This document shows, one piece after another, positions 24,101-35,905 of a DNA stretch of 64,000 nt. The translations under genes and the position numbers were made by a program. Location: contig CM075981.1 in the NCBI GenBank assembly GCA_038087875.1, forward strand, positions 992,001 through 1,056,000, written 5' to 3'. The notes beneath the pieces were generated by a model. It was not told the DNA's origin, searched no databases, and saw only the letters and a list, made by a program, of their open reading frames with translations. The DNA comes from Malacoraja senta (taxonomy: Eukaryota). Within the stretch, counting starts at the first letter, position 1. Each line of letters begins with the position of its first letter.

Positions 24101-27100
24101 TGCGGTGCATTTCCTCCAATTTCCGGTGTTGCTCGCTGTGCCCATGGAGGAGACGCAGGACAGAGAGGTCAGATACGGAATGGGAGGGGGAGTTGAAGTG
24201 CTGAGCCACCGGGAGGTCAGGTAGGTTATTGCGGACCGACCGGAGGTGTTCGGCAAAACGATCGCCAAGCCTCCGCTTGGTCTCACCGATGTAGATCAGC
24301 TGACATCTAGAGCAGCGGATGCAAGAGATGAGGTTGGAGGAGATGCAGGTGAACCTCTGTCGCACCTGGAACGACGGCTTGGGTCCTTGAATGGAATCGA
24401 GGGGGGAGGTGAAGGGACAAGTGTTGCATCTCTTGCGGTTGCAAGGGAAAGTACCCGGGGAGGGGGTGGTACGGGAGGGAAGGGAAGAATTGACAAGGGA
24501 GTTACGGAGGGAGCGGTCTTTGCGGAAGGCAGACATGGGAGGAGATGGGAAGATGTGGCGAGTGGTGGGGTCACGTTGGAGGTGGCGAAACTGACGGAGG
24601 ATCACTTGTTGTATGTGACGGCAGGTGGGATGAAAGGTGAGGACGAGGGGGACACTGCCCGTGTTGTGAGTGGGGGGATGGGGAGAGAGAGCAGTGTTGC
24701 GGGGTATGGCAGAGACCCTGGTGCGAGCCTCATCTATGGTGGAGGAGGGGAACCCCCGTTCCCTGAAGAATGAGGACATTTTGGATGCCCTGGTGTGGAA
24801 CGCCTCATCCTGGGAGCAGATGCGGCGTAGACGGAGGAATTGAGAGTGGGGGATGGAGTCCTTACAGGAAGCAGGGTGGGAAGAAGTGTAGTCCAGATAG
24901 CCATGGGAGTCAGTAGGTTTGTAGTGGATGTCGGTATGAAGTCTATCACCTGCGATGGAGATAGTGAGGTCAAGGAATGGTAGGGAAGTGTCGGAAATGG
25001 TCCAGGTGTATTTGAGTGCCGGATGGAAGTTGGTGGTGAAGCGGTTGAAGTTAGTCAGTTGTGTGTGGGTGCAGGAGGTGGCACCAAAACAGTCATCGAT
25101 GTAGCGGAGGTAGAAGTCGGGGATGGGGCCCTGGTACGTATTGAACAAGGATTGTTCTATGTACCCGACAAACAGGCAGGCGTAGCTGGGGCCCATGCGT
25201 GTGCCCATAGCTACGCCTTGTATTTGGAGGAAATGGGAGGAGTCAAATGAGAAGTTATTGAGGGCAAGGACCAGCTCCGCTAGTGGGAGGAGGGTGTCAG
25301 TGGCCGGGTATAGGTTGCTTCTTCGGTCGAGGAAAAACCGGAGGGCTTCGAGACCATCCTGGTGGGGGATGGAGGTGTGCAATGACTGGATGTCCATGGT
25401 GAAGATGAGGGGGTGAGGGCCTAGAGAGTGGAATACGCGCAGATGACGGAGAGTGTCAGAGGTGTCTTGAACATAGGTAGGGAGGGATTTAACCAAGGGG
25501 GATAGGATGGAGTCGAGGTAGGCGGAGATGAGTTCGGTGGGGCACGAACAGGCAGAGACAATCGGTCTACCGGGACAGTCAGATTTGTGGATTTTGGGGA
25601 GAAGGTAAAATCGGGCCTTGCGGGGCTGGGGAACGATGAGGTTGGAGGCTCGGTCGGGCAAGGCGTGGGAGTGGATGAAGTCGGTGATGGTGCTGGAGAT
25701 GGTGGCCTGGTGCTCGTTAGTGGGGTCATGGTCCAGCGTTATGTAGGAGGAGGTGTCCGAGAGTTGGCGCGTGGCCTCAGCTTTGTAGAGATCGACGCGC
25801 CAGACTACCACGGCACCTCCCTTGTCGGCGGGTTTGATAACCCAATCTAGGTTGTTGCGGAGTGAGTCGATGGCAGTGCGTTCAGGGGGGGAGAGATTGG
25901 AGTGAGACAGGGGAGTGGAGAAGTTGAGGCGGTTGATGTCACGGCGGCAGATTTTGATGAAGAGTTCTAAAGCCGGAAGGCTACGAGGGGGGTTCCACGA
26001 GGAGGGGGTGCGTTGGTGATGGGGAAAAGGGTCATCAGTGGGGGGCGAGGACTCCTTCCCATGGAAGTGCGCTGTGAGGCGGAGGCGACGGTAGAAGCGT
26101 TCCAAGCCAAGGAGGGCGCGGAACTCATTGAGGTGGGGACGGAGGGGGGCAAAGGTAAGAACTCTGCTGTGGACAGACCGTTCGATGTCGGAGAGGGGGA
26201 GGTCGGGGGGGGGGGGGTGGTGAACACCCAGCAGGGATGGGGTTTGGGGCCGGAGGAAGGCAGGTGGGTGGAATGGGGACAAGGCGATGTGTGGTGGGGG
26301 GGTGGTGGTGGGTGTTGGGGGGGGGGTGGGTGGTCAGAGGGTGGGGGGGTGAGAGGGCTGTAGTGTGGGTGGGGAAGAGAAGGGGTCCCATAGTTGGAGA
26401 AGGATGGGGAACTAACACTGAGGTAACCAGAAATAGGCAGACTAGCGCTAGGACCCAGTGGAGTGAAACCCAGGAGGGTGGGAGTGAGCAGCGTGGAGGC
26501 TTCAGGCCCAGTACACAGACCAGTCTGCAGGTGAGGCGACGGCTGCGGGCTGCTGGAGGGAGGTTCAGTGGCGAGGGTCGGCGGACCCGACGGTAGGAGT
26601 CCTCGAGCAGTGGAGTCGGGGTCGGCGGGGCTAGTAGATTTGTGTTAAGTAGATTTGTCCTGTACATTTTCTGAAGATTTTTCCTCTCAGTTTCAGGTGG
26701 ACTGTGGGCAAAGAAATATGTAGGAGGAGTTGTGGGAACAAATATCACAATCGATTGTCACTATAATGCACGGTACCGCTCACACATTAAATACTGGTGT
26801 CATGGGTGGACTATCGCGTGTTCAATTGTAGTGAAAACAAATGGGCAACGCGGACGGAGCGGAAGAGTGTCAATCACAGATAACCAGACACAAGGAATAT
26901 TTACTGTGACTGTGGAGGGTCTTTACTATGGAGATACAGGATGGTACAGATGTGGAATTACTACACCTGGCGTTGATACATTGTTTAACGTTCATCTCCA
27001 AGTATCTGAAGGTACGTTTTACATTTATACCAAGCCAATTAACCGGTAAACCTGTACGTTTTTGGAGTGTGGGAGGAAACCGAAGTTTTCAGAGAAAACC

Positions 27101-30100
27101 CACGCAGGTCACGGGGAGAATCTACAAACTCCAGACAGACAAGGCCCCGTGGTCATGGTCGAACCCGGGTCCCTGGCGCTGTAAGGCAGCAATTCTACAG
27201 CTGTACCACCGTGCTGCCCTAAATGATGTACCAAAGGGATCAGTGCCGGGATCACAATGCTGTTTGGCCGAATTCTGTTCTTACCCCTCCTGGGAGTTTA
27301 CAGATGACGCCCCTGGATCTTGAATAATGACGAAACGGCAAACAGGGAATTGTCTTTTATTGTGTAGGAAAGAAGTGCAGATGCTGGTTTAATCGAAGAT
27401 AGACACAAAATCTGTAGAGAAGATAGATGCGTCACTGGGTGGCGCCGAGATGGCAGCCTCGCCAAATCCTGTGTGTTATTTCAACATTTTTGTTATTTTT
27501 ACTGTTTCAAAAATATATGTTTTAATGTTTCTCGGTATCTTTTTATGTTGTGTGGTGTGGGAGGGGGGAATAGGGGGAAACCGTTTTCAGTCACTTACCG
27601 AGACGGAGATGTGATCTTTCCCCGTGTCACGTCTCCGTCCCCTCCCCGCGGCCTAACAACTGGATGGATGTGGCCTTTCCTGGAGACCGGCCTGGAGCTT
27701 CAAGCCTCCAGCGCGAGGCGGACTTTAACATCGCGGAGCTGCGATCCTTTGCTGAGGATCGCTGTGGAAGTGCCCCGACCGTGGGGCTTGTGGACTTTAA
27801 CACCGTGAAGCCGCGGTCTCCAGTGAGAAAAGGCCGATTTAAAAAGTTTAAAAAAAAATAAGTTGTACACGAAACGTATTATGTTGCATATCATGATTAA
27901 GATGTATGTACATTGCTTCTAATAAAAAATAAATAAATAAATAAATAAAAGAAAAGGCCGACTTGGGAGCTCCATGACGCGGAGTGTTTCCGTTCTGCCC
28001 CGACGCCGGAGTCTCCATCATCCCGACGAGAGGGCTTGAACATCGGGCCGTCGGCAGAGGCAGTGCTGAGGGTTCAAGGACAAAGGAGGAAGATGACTGA
28101 ACTTTGTTGCCTTCCATCACAGTGAGCCATGATGATTCCACTGTGGTGGATGTTTATGTTAAAACTATTGTGTATTACGTTATTTTTTTCAACTTGTATG
28201 GCTGTATGATAACTCAAATATCACTGTACCTTAATTGGTGCACGTGACAATAAATGTGAACTTGAACTTGAAATGCTGGAGTAACTCAGCGGCACAGGCA
28301 GCATTCTGGAGGGAAGGAATGGGTGACGTTTCGGCCCGAGACCCATCGTCAGACCCGAAACTTCACCCATTCCTTCTCTCCAGAGATGCTGCCTGCCCCG
28401 CTGGGTTACTCCAGCATATTTTGTCTATCTTTAATCGACTTTTATTTCCTTTTCTCAACAGTACCTAAATCTAATTCTGTATCGTCAACACCAGTAGCAT
28501 TTACTTCAACTACAAAAGTAACATCCGAAAACAATCATCAGAAAACCCCTGCGCCCGGTTTCGATAACAGGTATAATTTTCACTTGCTCAAGTTTTGATT
28601 GGCCTTGCTTTTCAATTTGAGAGGTGGAGACACAAGGAACTGTTGAAACACACATAGATACATAGATAGATAGACAATAGGTGCAGGAGTAGGCCATTCA
28701 GCCCTTCGAGCCAGCACTGCCATTCAATGTGATCATGGCTGATCATCCACAATTAGTACCCCGTTCCTGCCTTGTCCCCATATCTATTGATTCCGCTAGC
28801 CCTAAGAACTCTATCTAACTCTCTTTTGAATTTATCCAGTGAATCGGCCTGCACTGCCTTCTGAGGCAAAGAATTCCACAACTCTCTGGGTGAAAAGGTT
28901 TTCCTCATCTCAGTTCTAAATGGGCTACCCCTTATTCTTAAAATGTGACCCCTGGTTCCGGACTCCCCCAACATCGGGAACATGTTTCCTGCATCTCGCG
29001 TGTCCAATCCCTTTGTTAAACTTGGTAGGATATTGACACCCACCACTAGCCACATCTTCCCATCTCCACCCCTTTCTGCTTTCTGCAGAGACCGTTCCCT
29101 CCGCATCTCCCTGGTTAACTCATCCCTTTCCACCCAAACCACCCCTCCCCGGGTATTTCACCTGCAACTGCAGGAGATGCAATATCTGTCCATATACCTC
29201 CCCCCTCGAATCCATCCAAGGACCCTGACTGTCGTTTCAGGTGAGGCAGAGGTTCACTTCCAGCTCCTCATCTACAGTTGCAGGTGTGGACTCCTATATA
29301 TCGGCAAGAACAAGCGCATGCTTGGCGATCGTTTCACTGAACTCCTTCGCTCAGTCCGCCTAAACCTACCTGATCGCCCGGTGGTAAACACTTTAACTCC
29401 CCCTCCCATTCCCACGCTTAAATTTCTGTCCTGGGCCTCCTCCTTTATCAGAATGAGGCCCAGCGCAAATTAGGGGCAACAGCACCTCATATTGGGCAGT
29501 TTACACCCCAGCTGTAAGAATATTGACTTCTCCAACTACAAGTATTCCTTGCTTTCCCTGACTCTCCATCCCACTCCCTTTCCAGTACTCCGACCAGTCT
29601 GACTGTGCCCAATTATATTGTATCTTTGTTTACTTTGTTGTTACCGTCTCCCAGCTAACAATGATCTATTCTACATTTTCCTTGATCTCCACCCCCTTTG
29701 TTTCATTTTCACACCTTACACTTCCTTATTTCTGTATCTCCTCCCCGAAGAAGGGTCTCTATCCCAAACGTCATCCACTCCTTCTCTCCAGAGATGCTGC
29801 CTGTCCCGCTGAGTTACTCCAGCATTTTGTGTCTATCTTCGGTTTAAACCAGCATCTGTAGTTCCTTCCTACACTTATTGACTGTCCACTGGTTTTGAAC
29901 AAGGGGTGTTTCCTTTGTAAATCTGTAAGCTGTGAGTATTTGTAAACCAATCGGCAGATATATCTACCACTGACAATGCCACTGGCCAGATCTCATACAC
30001 AATTAGTTTAGTTTTATTTTAGTTTAGAGATACAGCATGGAAACAAATCCTTCGTTCCTCCGAGTCCACGCTGTCCATCGATCACCCTTTCATATTAGAT

Positions 30101-33100
30101 CTATGTTATCTTGCTTTTTCATCCACTCGCTACAAATTAAGGGCAATCTACCAAGGCCAATTAACCCACAACCCCGCATGTCTTTCTGATGTGGGAGGAA
30201 ACCGGAGCGCCTGGAGGAAACCCACCATCACAGGGAGAATATGAAAACTCCTTACAGCCAGCATCTGTAGTCTAGTTTGAACCTGGGTCTCTGGTGCTGT
30301 AAGGCAGCAAATCTATGCTGCGCTACTGTTGGGTTGAGTTGGGTTTATTCTTTATCCAGCATCACAATCGTTGGTCGTTATCGCACTGCTGTTTGTGGAA
30401 CTTGCTGCGGGCAGATTGGCTTTGGTGTTTACCACATTACAGCAATGTCTGCACTCCATTCACTGGGCTTGACTTATCCTGAGCTCATGAAAGATACCTT
30501 GCAGATGTTAGACTTTTGTTCTTTACCAAAGGATAGGAATCAATGATGAAACAAGAGTAACCTTTTTGCTTTCTCTGTCCCATAGACACATAATTATGCT
30601 CAGCATTGCTGGAGTTCTTCTCGTCCTGCTCTTTGCTGGTCTACTTTGGTGCCTAAAGCGTAGACAAAGGAGTGAGTTTCTATGTTTCCTTCATCCTTTC
30701 ATGATGTATGTGATCATTTCTTGCAGAGAGAGATACAGCACGGAAACAGGCCCTTTGGCACACCGAGTTCATGCTGACTATCAACCACCTGTTTACTCTA
30801 GTCGTACAATAATCTTATCGGGTCTGAAGAAGGGTCCCGGCCTGAAATGTCACCCACCCTATTCATCCAGAGATGCTGCCTGATCCACTGAGTTATTACT
30901 TTGTATCTATCTTTGGTGTAAACTAGCATTCTTAACAGTCATGAAGAAGGGTTTCGGCCTGAAACGTTGCCTATTTCCTTCGCTCCATAGATGCTGCTGC
31001 ACCCGCTGAGTTTCTCCAGCATTTTTGTGTACCTTCGATTTTCCAGCATCTGCAGTTCCTTCTTAAACACTTCTTAACAGTCATTCCTAACTGTCACTGT
31101 TTGTCGTTGTCACTTGCGGAGTGGGCGGAGCACCAAGGCAAAATCCTTGTTTGTGAATCATTGGCCAATAAACTTATTCATTCATTCGTTCATCTGCAGG
31201 TCCTTTCTACACACTAATCTTATCCAACTTTGTTCTCTCCATGTTGTTATCAATTCCCCCAAGATTCTACCCCTCACCTATACACTAGGGGCAATTTACA
31301 GTGGGCAATTAACCTACAGACGTGCATGTCTTTAGGATGTAGGGGGAAACCGGAGCACCCGGAGGTAACCCACGCAGTCACGGGGAGAACAGGCAAGACT
31401 CGAGGTGAGGATTGAACCCGAGTCTCTGGCACTGTGAGGCAGCAGCTCTACAGGCTGTGGTACTGTGCCACCCTATGTTAAGAGATTGTAGTCGGTTCTT
31501 GATAACCAAGACCCAGAGTTGAGGTGTTTTTATTTAGTTATATGTAGCACAGAAGAACAATGTAACTGCCAGGTGACAAGGGTAATATTTAATAGGAACC
31601 TGAGGGGCAATGTTTTGGAACCTCAGGGGGAACGTTTTGGAACGAGCTGCCAGAGGAGGTAGTTGAGGCAAGTCCTACAACAACATTTAAAATACATTTG
31701 GACAGGTACATGAATAGGAATAGTTTGTGTGGGAAGGAACTGCAGATGCTGGTTGAAACCGAAGAGAAACACAAACAGCTGGAGTAACTCAGCGGGTCAG
31801 ACGGCATCTCTGGAGAAAAAGAATAGGCGAGTTCTCGACTCCAAACGTCACCTATTCCTTTTCTCCAGAGATGCTGTCTGACCCACTGAGATACTCCAGC
31901 TTTTTGTGTATATCTTCAATAGGAATGGTTTAGTGGGATAGGGGCCAAAAGTGAGCAGGTTGGGCTAGTGTAGATTGAGCAATTTGGTTGGCATGGGCAA
32001 GGTGGGGCAAAGGGCTGCTTTCTATGCTGTTTGAGTCTTAGTTCGAGTCCATGGCACAAGAACTAAGATAAGAGGTTAATGAGACGTGAGATTTACTTGC
32101 ACCCCACCATCCCAGTTATCAAAAACTGGACCATGGCAAATTAGCTAAGATAAACACATAATGCTGGAGTAACAGCAGGTCAGGTGGCATCACTGGAGAA
32201 AAAAGAATGGTGAAGTATCGGGTTGGGATCCTTCTTCAGTCTGAGTTACTCCACCAGTTTGTGCCTATCTTCGGTAAATATCAGCATCTTCAGTTCCTTT
32301 CGACACATCTCAGTAAATTAGCTGTTGTGTTTGAAAGTGTGGATTAGGATTTCTCAATAATCTGCCGTAGTTCGTTATATACAGCACCGGGCCTGTACTC
32401 ACTGGAGTTTAGAAGGATGAGGTGAACCTCATTGAAACTTACCAAATAGTGAAAGGCCGAGATAGAACGGATGTGGAGAGGTTGTTCCCACTAGTGGGAG
32501 AGACTAGGACCAGAGGGCACAGCCTCAGAATAAAAGGGTGTATCTTTAGAAATGAGTGGAGGATGAATTTCTTTAGCCAGAGGGTGGTGAATCTGTGGAA
32601 TTTATTGTCACAGACAGCTGTGGAGATCAAGTCATTGAGTATTTTTAAAAGCATAGATTGACGGGTTCTTGATTAATGGGCTAATCAATCGTGGGTGATC
32701 ACATTTTCCCTCTCCATTCTCCCCTTAAACGTTGGTCCCTATTAATCAAGAAGAGTCCTTTCTGATCCTTTTTGAACTTTCAGTACAGTAACCTGACCAG
32801 AATTGTGCTGCTTGCAGCAATTTGGGCTTGTGGTGCCCCTGTGGTTCTCATGAATAAAAGTATAGGAAGGAACTGCAGATGTTGGATATACACCAAAGAC
32901 AGATTGAAGATGCTGGAGTAAATCAGCAGGACAGGCATCTCTGGAGAGAACGGTCTGAAGAAGGGTCTCAACCTGAAACGTCATCCATTTCTTCTCTCCG
33001 GAGATGCTGCCTGTCCCGCTGAGTTACTCCAGCATTTTGTGTCCATCTTCGGTTTAAACCAGCATCTGCAGTTCCTTCCGACTCTACATGTTTAAAAATG

Positions 33101-34051
33101 TTTCTGACATGCTCCTTTCAATGTTAACATTGTGTTTTCCAGAATCAGAGGGGAACAAACCTCCCAGAGCATCTAACAATGAAATGCAGGTAAAGACGGC
33201 AAAGTATGAATTCACCGTGTATTTGAGAACTTACAAAATTCTGTAATTCAACCTCACTAATCTGCTTCAATGGTTCTATGGTTCCTTTATCATCAAATGC
33301 ATCAAGGTGCATCAAGGTTATTTTATGCATACAGATCGGATGATTATTTCAAAGGAACGGAGTACTAATTGTGGATGATCAGCCATGATCACATACACAG
33401 CAGCTCGTTCCATACACCCACCACACTTTGTGTAGAAAGTTACCCCTCGGGTTCCTATTAAATCTTTCCCCCCTCATCATAAACCTATATCATCTGGTTC
33501 TCGATTCTTCTACTCTGGGCAAAAGGCTCTGTGCGTCTACCCTATCTTTTCCTCTCATGATTTTGTACACCTCTATCAGATCACCCCTCATCATCCTGCG
33601 CTCCAAGCGTCCTGGCCTGCTCAACCTCTCCCTATAGCTCAGGCCCACGAGTCTGGGCAACATCCTTGCAAATCTTCTCTGCACCCTTTCCAACTTGACA
33701 GCATCTTTCCTATAACATGGTGACTAAAACTGAACACTAATCATCAGACTTGGATTCTCTTTTGTATTTCAGGAATTACCAGCAGGAAAAGGGAGCACAG
33801 TTTATGCAACACTGTCGGACATTCAAAGCAACAAGGAAGCTGCCCATTGTTCTAATCAACATCAAACTGTGTATGCAGGAGTGCAATTTCAAAGCAAATC
33901 GACAGGGTCTCACTCCAGTACTGGGGAGGACAATGTCACCTACTCAGAAGTTACATCTCAAAGCGTCAGCCAAATTGCCCGTCAGAAAGCTCCTTCTCCT
34001 CACAATCCACAGAACACTGTGCAGAGTATTTATGCCACTGTGACTTCTTAG
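21102..34051 (+). CDS. Gene B (spliced, 6 exons): CD300/pIgR-like (MDIR-like) single-V-domain inhibitory receptor, 299 aa (292 aa from the second ATG)
   Basis: Exons 21102-21159, 26691-27011, 28462-28570, 30586-30671, 33143-33189 and 33773-34051. All introns are GT-AG with compatible phases (1,1,2,1,0). The total is 900 nt with no internal stop. Confidence 0.9.
22640..22930 (-). mobile_element. HE1-like SINE
   Basis: Reverse complement of the SINE consensus seen elsewhere in the window. Confidence 0.8.
23794..26640 (-). mobile_element. Penelope-like retroelement (RT plus GIY-YIG endonuclease), near full length, antisense in gene B intron 1
   Basis: Uninterrupted 747-codon ORF at 24039-26282 with KPADKGGAVVVW, PGRPIVS, GVAMGTRMGPSYA, YLRYIDD and CSRC..IYIGETKRRLGDRFAEH. 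The 3' pLTR is at 23794-24040. TSD TGTGTTAAGTA at 23783-23793 and 26641-26651. Confidence 0.95.
23893..23920 (-). ncRNA. Minimal type I hammerhead-ribozyme-like core in the Penelope pLTR
   Basis: Minus strand reads CUGAAGA-A-GGGU[UUCG]GCCC-GAAAC-AUU. Core and helix II are present, but the helix III palindrome is ACAU rather than ACGU in this copy. Confidence 0.6.
26691..27011 (+). CDS. Gene B exon 2, V-type Ig domain of the CD300/pIgR/TREM type
   Basis: CCTCTCAG acceptor and GTACGT donor, 321 nt, phase 1-1. Contains TIDCHY, KYWC...C (second Cys pair), RVSITD, FTVTV and DTGWYRC. Confidence 0.95.
27438..28270 (+). mobile_element. GC-rich ~0.8-kb non-autonomous retroelement with TGACAATAAA-(AACTTG)n tail
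   Basis: Homologous to 11180-11975 (-). The 3' terminal TCACTGTACC...GTGACAATAAA resembles the LINE tail at about 39160-39205. Confidence 0.7.
28462..28570 (+). CDS. Gene B exon 3, Ser/Thr/Pro-rich stalk (VPKSNSVSSTPVAFTSTTKVTSENNHQKTPAPGFDNR)
   Basis: CTCAACAG acceptor and GTATAA donor, phase 1 to 2, in frame with both flanking exons. Confidence 0.82.
28665..29010 (-). mobile_element. CR1 3' end
   Basis: Reverse complement of the CR1 C-terminus and tail seen at 13000-13320. Similar pieces lie at about 9620-9965, 14340-14680, 32385-32680, 33430-33730, 43200-43440, 44350-44735 and 53060-53300. Confidence 0.8.
29030..29875 (+). mobile_element. Penelope 3' fragment (decayed GIY-YIG plus pLTR)
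   Basis: HIFPSPPLSAFCRDRSLR...CRCGLLYIG...LGDRF, followed by the pLTR. Confidence 0.82.
30586..30671 (+). CDS. Gene B exon 4, transmembrane helix (RHIIMLSIAGVLLVLLFAGLLWCLKRRQR)
   Basis: CCCATAG acceptor and GTGAGT donor, phase 2 to 1. About 21 uncharged hydrophobic residues followed by a basic stop-transfer sequence. Confidence 0.92.
30943..31070 (+). mobile_element. Solo ~128-nt Penelope pLTR unit with 14-bp TSD
   Basis: TTCTTAACAGTCAT at 30929-30942 and 31071-31084. Confidence 0.82.
33143..33189 (+). CDS. Gene B exon 5 (KSEGNKPPRASNNEMQ)
   Basis: TTTTCCAG acceptor and GTAAAG donor, 47 nt, phase 1 to 0. Confidence 0.88.
33773..34051 (+). CDS. Gene B exon 6, cytoplasmic tail with TVYATL, TVYAGV, VTYSEV and SIYATV
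   Basis: TATTTCAG acceptor, phase 0, 92 aa to TAG. ITSM/ITIM consensus motifs. Confidence 0.92.
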   Translation, partial: ELPAGKGSTVYATLSDIQSNKEAAHCSNQHQTVYAGVQFQSKSTGSHSSTGEDNVTYSEVTSQSVSQIARQKAPSPHNPQNTVQSIYATVTS

Positions 34052-34244
34052 ATAAACCATTGAGTAATTGATTGATTGATTGGTACTTTATTACCACATG
34101 TGACATGTCACGGTGATAATTATTTTGTTTTGCGTACCATAAACAAGGTATACAAAGAGTCACTATGTATCGGGCGCCGACAGTTACAAACTATTCATTA
34201 CAGTCCCTATTGGTCCCCCTTTGTTCTTGGCTCCCCCACCCACC

Positions 34245-34438
34245 CCAACCCCACGCCATGTCCCCCTTTGTTAACATACCCCCACCCCACGCCACGCCAT
34301 GTCCTCCTTTGTTAAAACACCCCCACCCCACTCCATGTCCCCCTTTGTTAACACCCCCCCACTCCATGTCCCCCTTTGTTAACACACCCCCACCCCATGC
34401 CATGTCCCCCTTTGTTAACACACCCCCACCCCACGCCA
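34245..34438. repeat. C-rich minisatellite, about 5 copies of CCATGTCCCCCTTTGTTAACA(C)nACCCCAC
   Basis: Units of about 30-38 nt are visible directly, starting about 200 nt after the gene B stop. Confidence 0.9.
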
Positions 34439-35905
34439 GGTCCGCTATGTTCTCGGCAGCCCCCTACCTGGACCAGTGCTGTTTGTTGCCCCATCTTTAT
34501 GCCATGGTTGCATTGAGGTTCCTCTGCTGTAATCAACACATCTGCTTACTTTGAAGAAGGGTCTCTATCTGCAATGTCACCAATTCCATCTCTTAAGAGA
34601 TGCTGCCTGACCCACTATGTTATTCCAGAACTTTTTCTCTTTTTTTTTGCAAACCAGCTTCTGCAGTTCCTCATTTTTCCACTCCCTTCCTTGTTACCAA
34701 TGATCAGCAATTGCCATTAAATTTCTGAATCTGGGTCAGCTATGCAAATAGCAGCCATTTTGCTCAATGCATTGAATGATGCAGTCTCCTTCCTCACACC
34801 CATCCCCAACATAGACTGAGAGGAGTTATGTTACAGTGCAAACATCTTCTCTCTACAACTAAAGGTTGTGGGTTCAAATCTCATCGCAGCACCTGAGCAA
34901 GTAACCCACCTGAACACTTGAGTGCAGAATGAGCGAGTGTATCGATCTACAAAGGCACCTCCTGCATCACAGGAGACACGAAAAAAAAGGAAACAAAAGT
35001 TGGAGATGGCAAATATTGCATATTGAAGATAATGAATGTGTACTTGCGCAGAGAATGTTTCTGCTTCCAGGAAAAGCCACGCTGAGATAATGTTGAATAT
35101 TGAGATTAATAAAACACAATAAAGCTTTTTTTTTCTCTTCACTTGTGATAATTTTTTACTCGAGAGTTAAGGGTGTTTTATTGTCATATGTCCCGAAATA
35201 GAACAATGACATTCTTACTTGCAGCAGCACAACGGGTTTGTAAACATAGTTTGAGTCAGTTTCAGTTTAGTTTATTGTCACGTGTACTGAGGTACAGTGA
35301 AAAGGTTTTGTTGCGTGCTAACCAGTCAGCAGAAAGACAATACATGCTTACAATTGAACCATTACAGTGTATAGATACATGATAAGGGAATAACGTTCAG
35401 TGCTAGGTTAAGCCAGCAAGTGCTCAATGGATAAAATAACAAGCAAACAAAACAATGTTCAACGAATTAATAAAAATAGTGCCTATTGGGATCCATATTC
35501 AAACCACTCCAAAAGTCCTGGGTTATGAGCTGCATGACAGGGTGAGCTGTGAAGAGGATATAGAGGGTCATTGTGGAATGCAGTTTTGTTAAGTGAATGC
35601 AGAAGGATGTGGGAAATGCAACATATGAGACAAGAGGTGAAGAAAGCAGAAATGCTGACCGGTTTTATAAACGGCAAGAGATTGAAAGGTCTTCATGTTT
35701 AGTTTAGAGATACAAATTGGAATCAGGCCCTTTGGTTCACCGAGTCCGCACCACCAGCAATTAACACTACCCTACACACATTTGGGACAATTTATAATTT
35801 TACCAAGCCAATTATCCTGCACCTGTACGTCGTTGAGGAAAGGAGGAAACCGGAGATCTCGAATAAAATCCCATGTGGTCACGGGGAGTACGTACATACT
35901 CTATA

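Noticed and set aside
26125-26748. Pro-rich 207-aa minus-strand ORF
   Set aside because: It is low-complexity Penelope 5' sequence read through into the antisense of the V exon.
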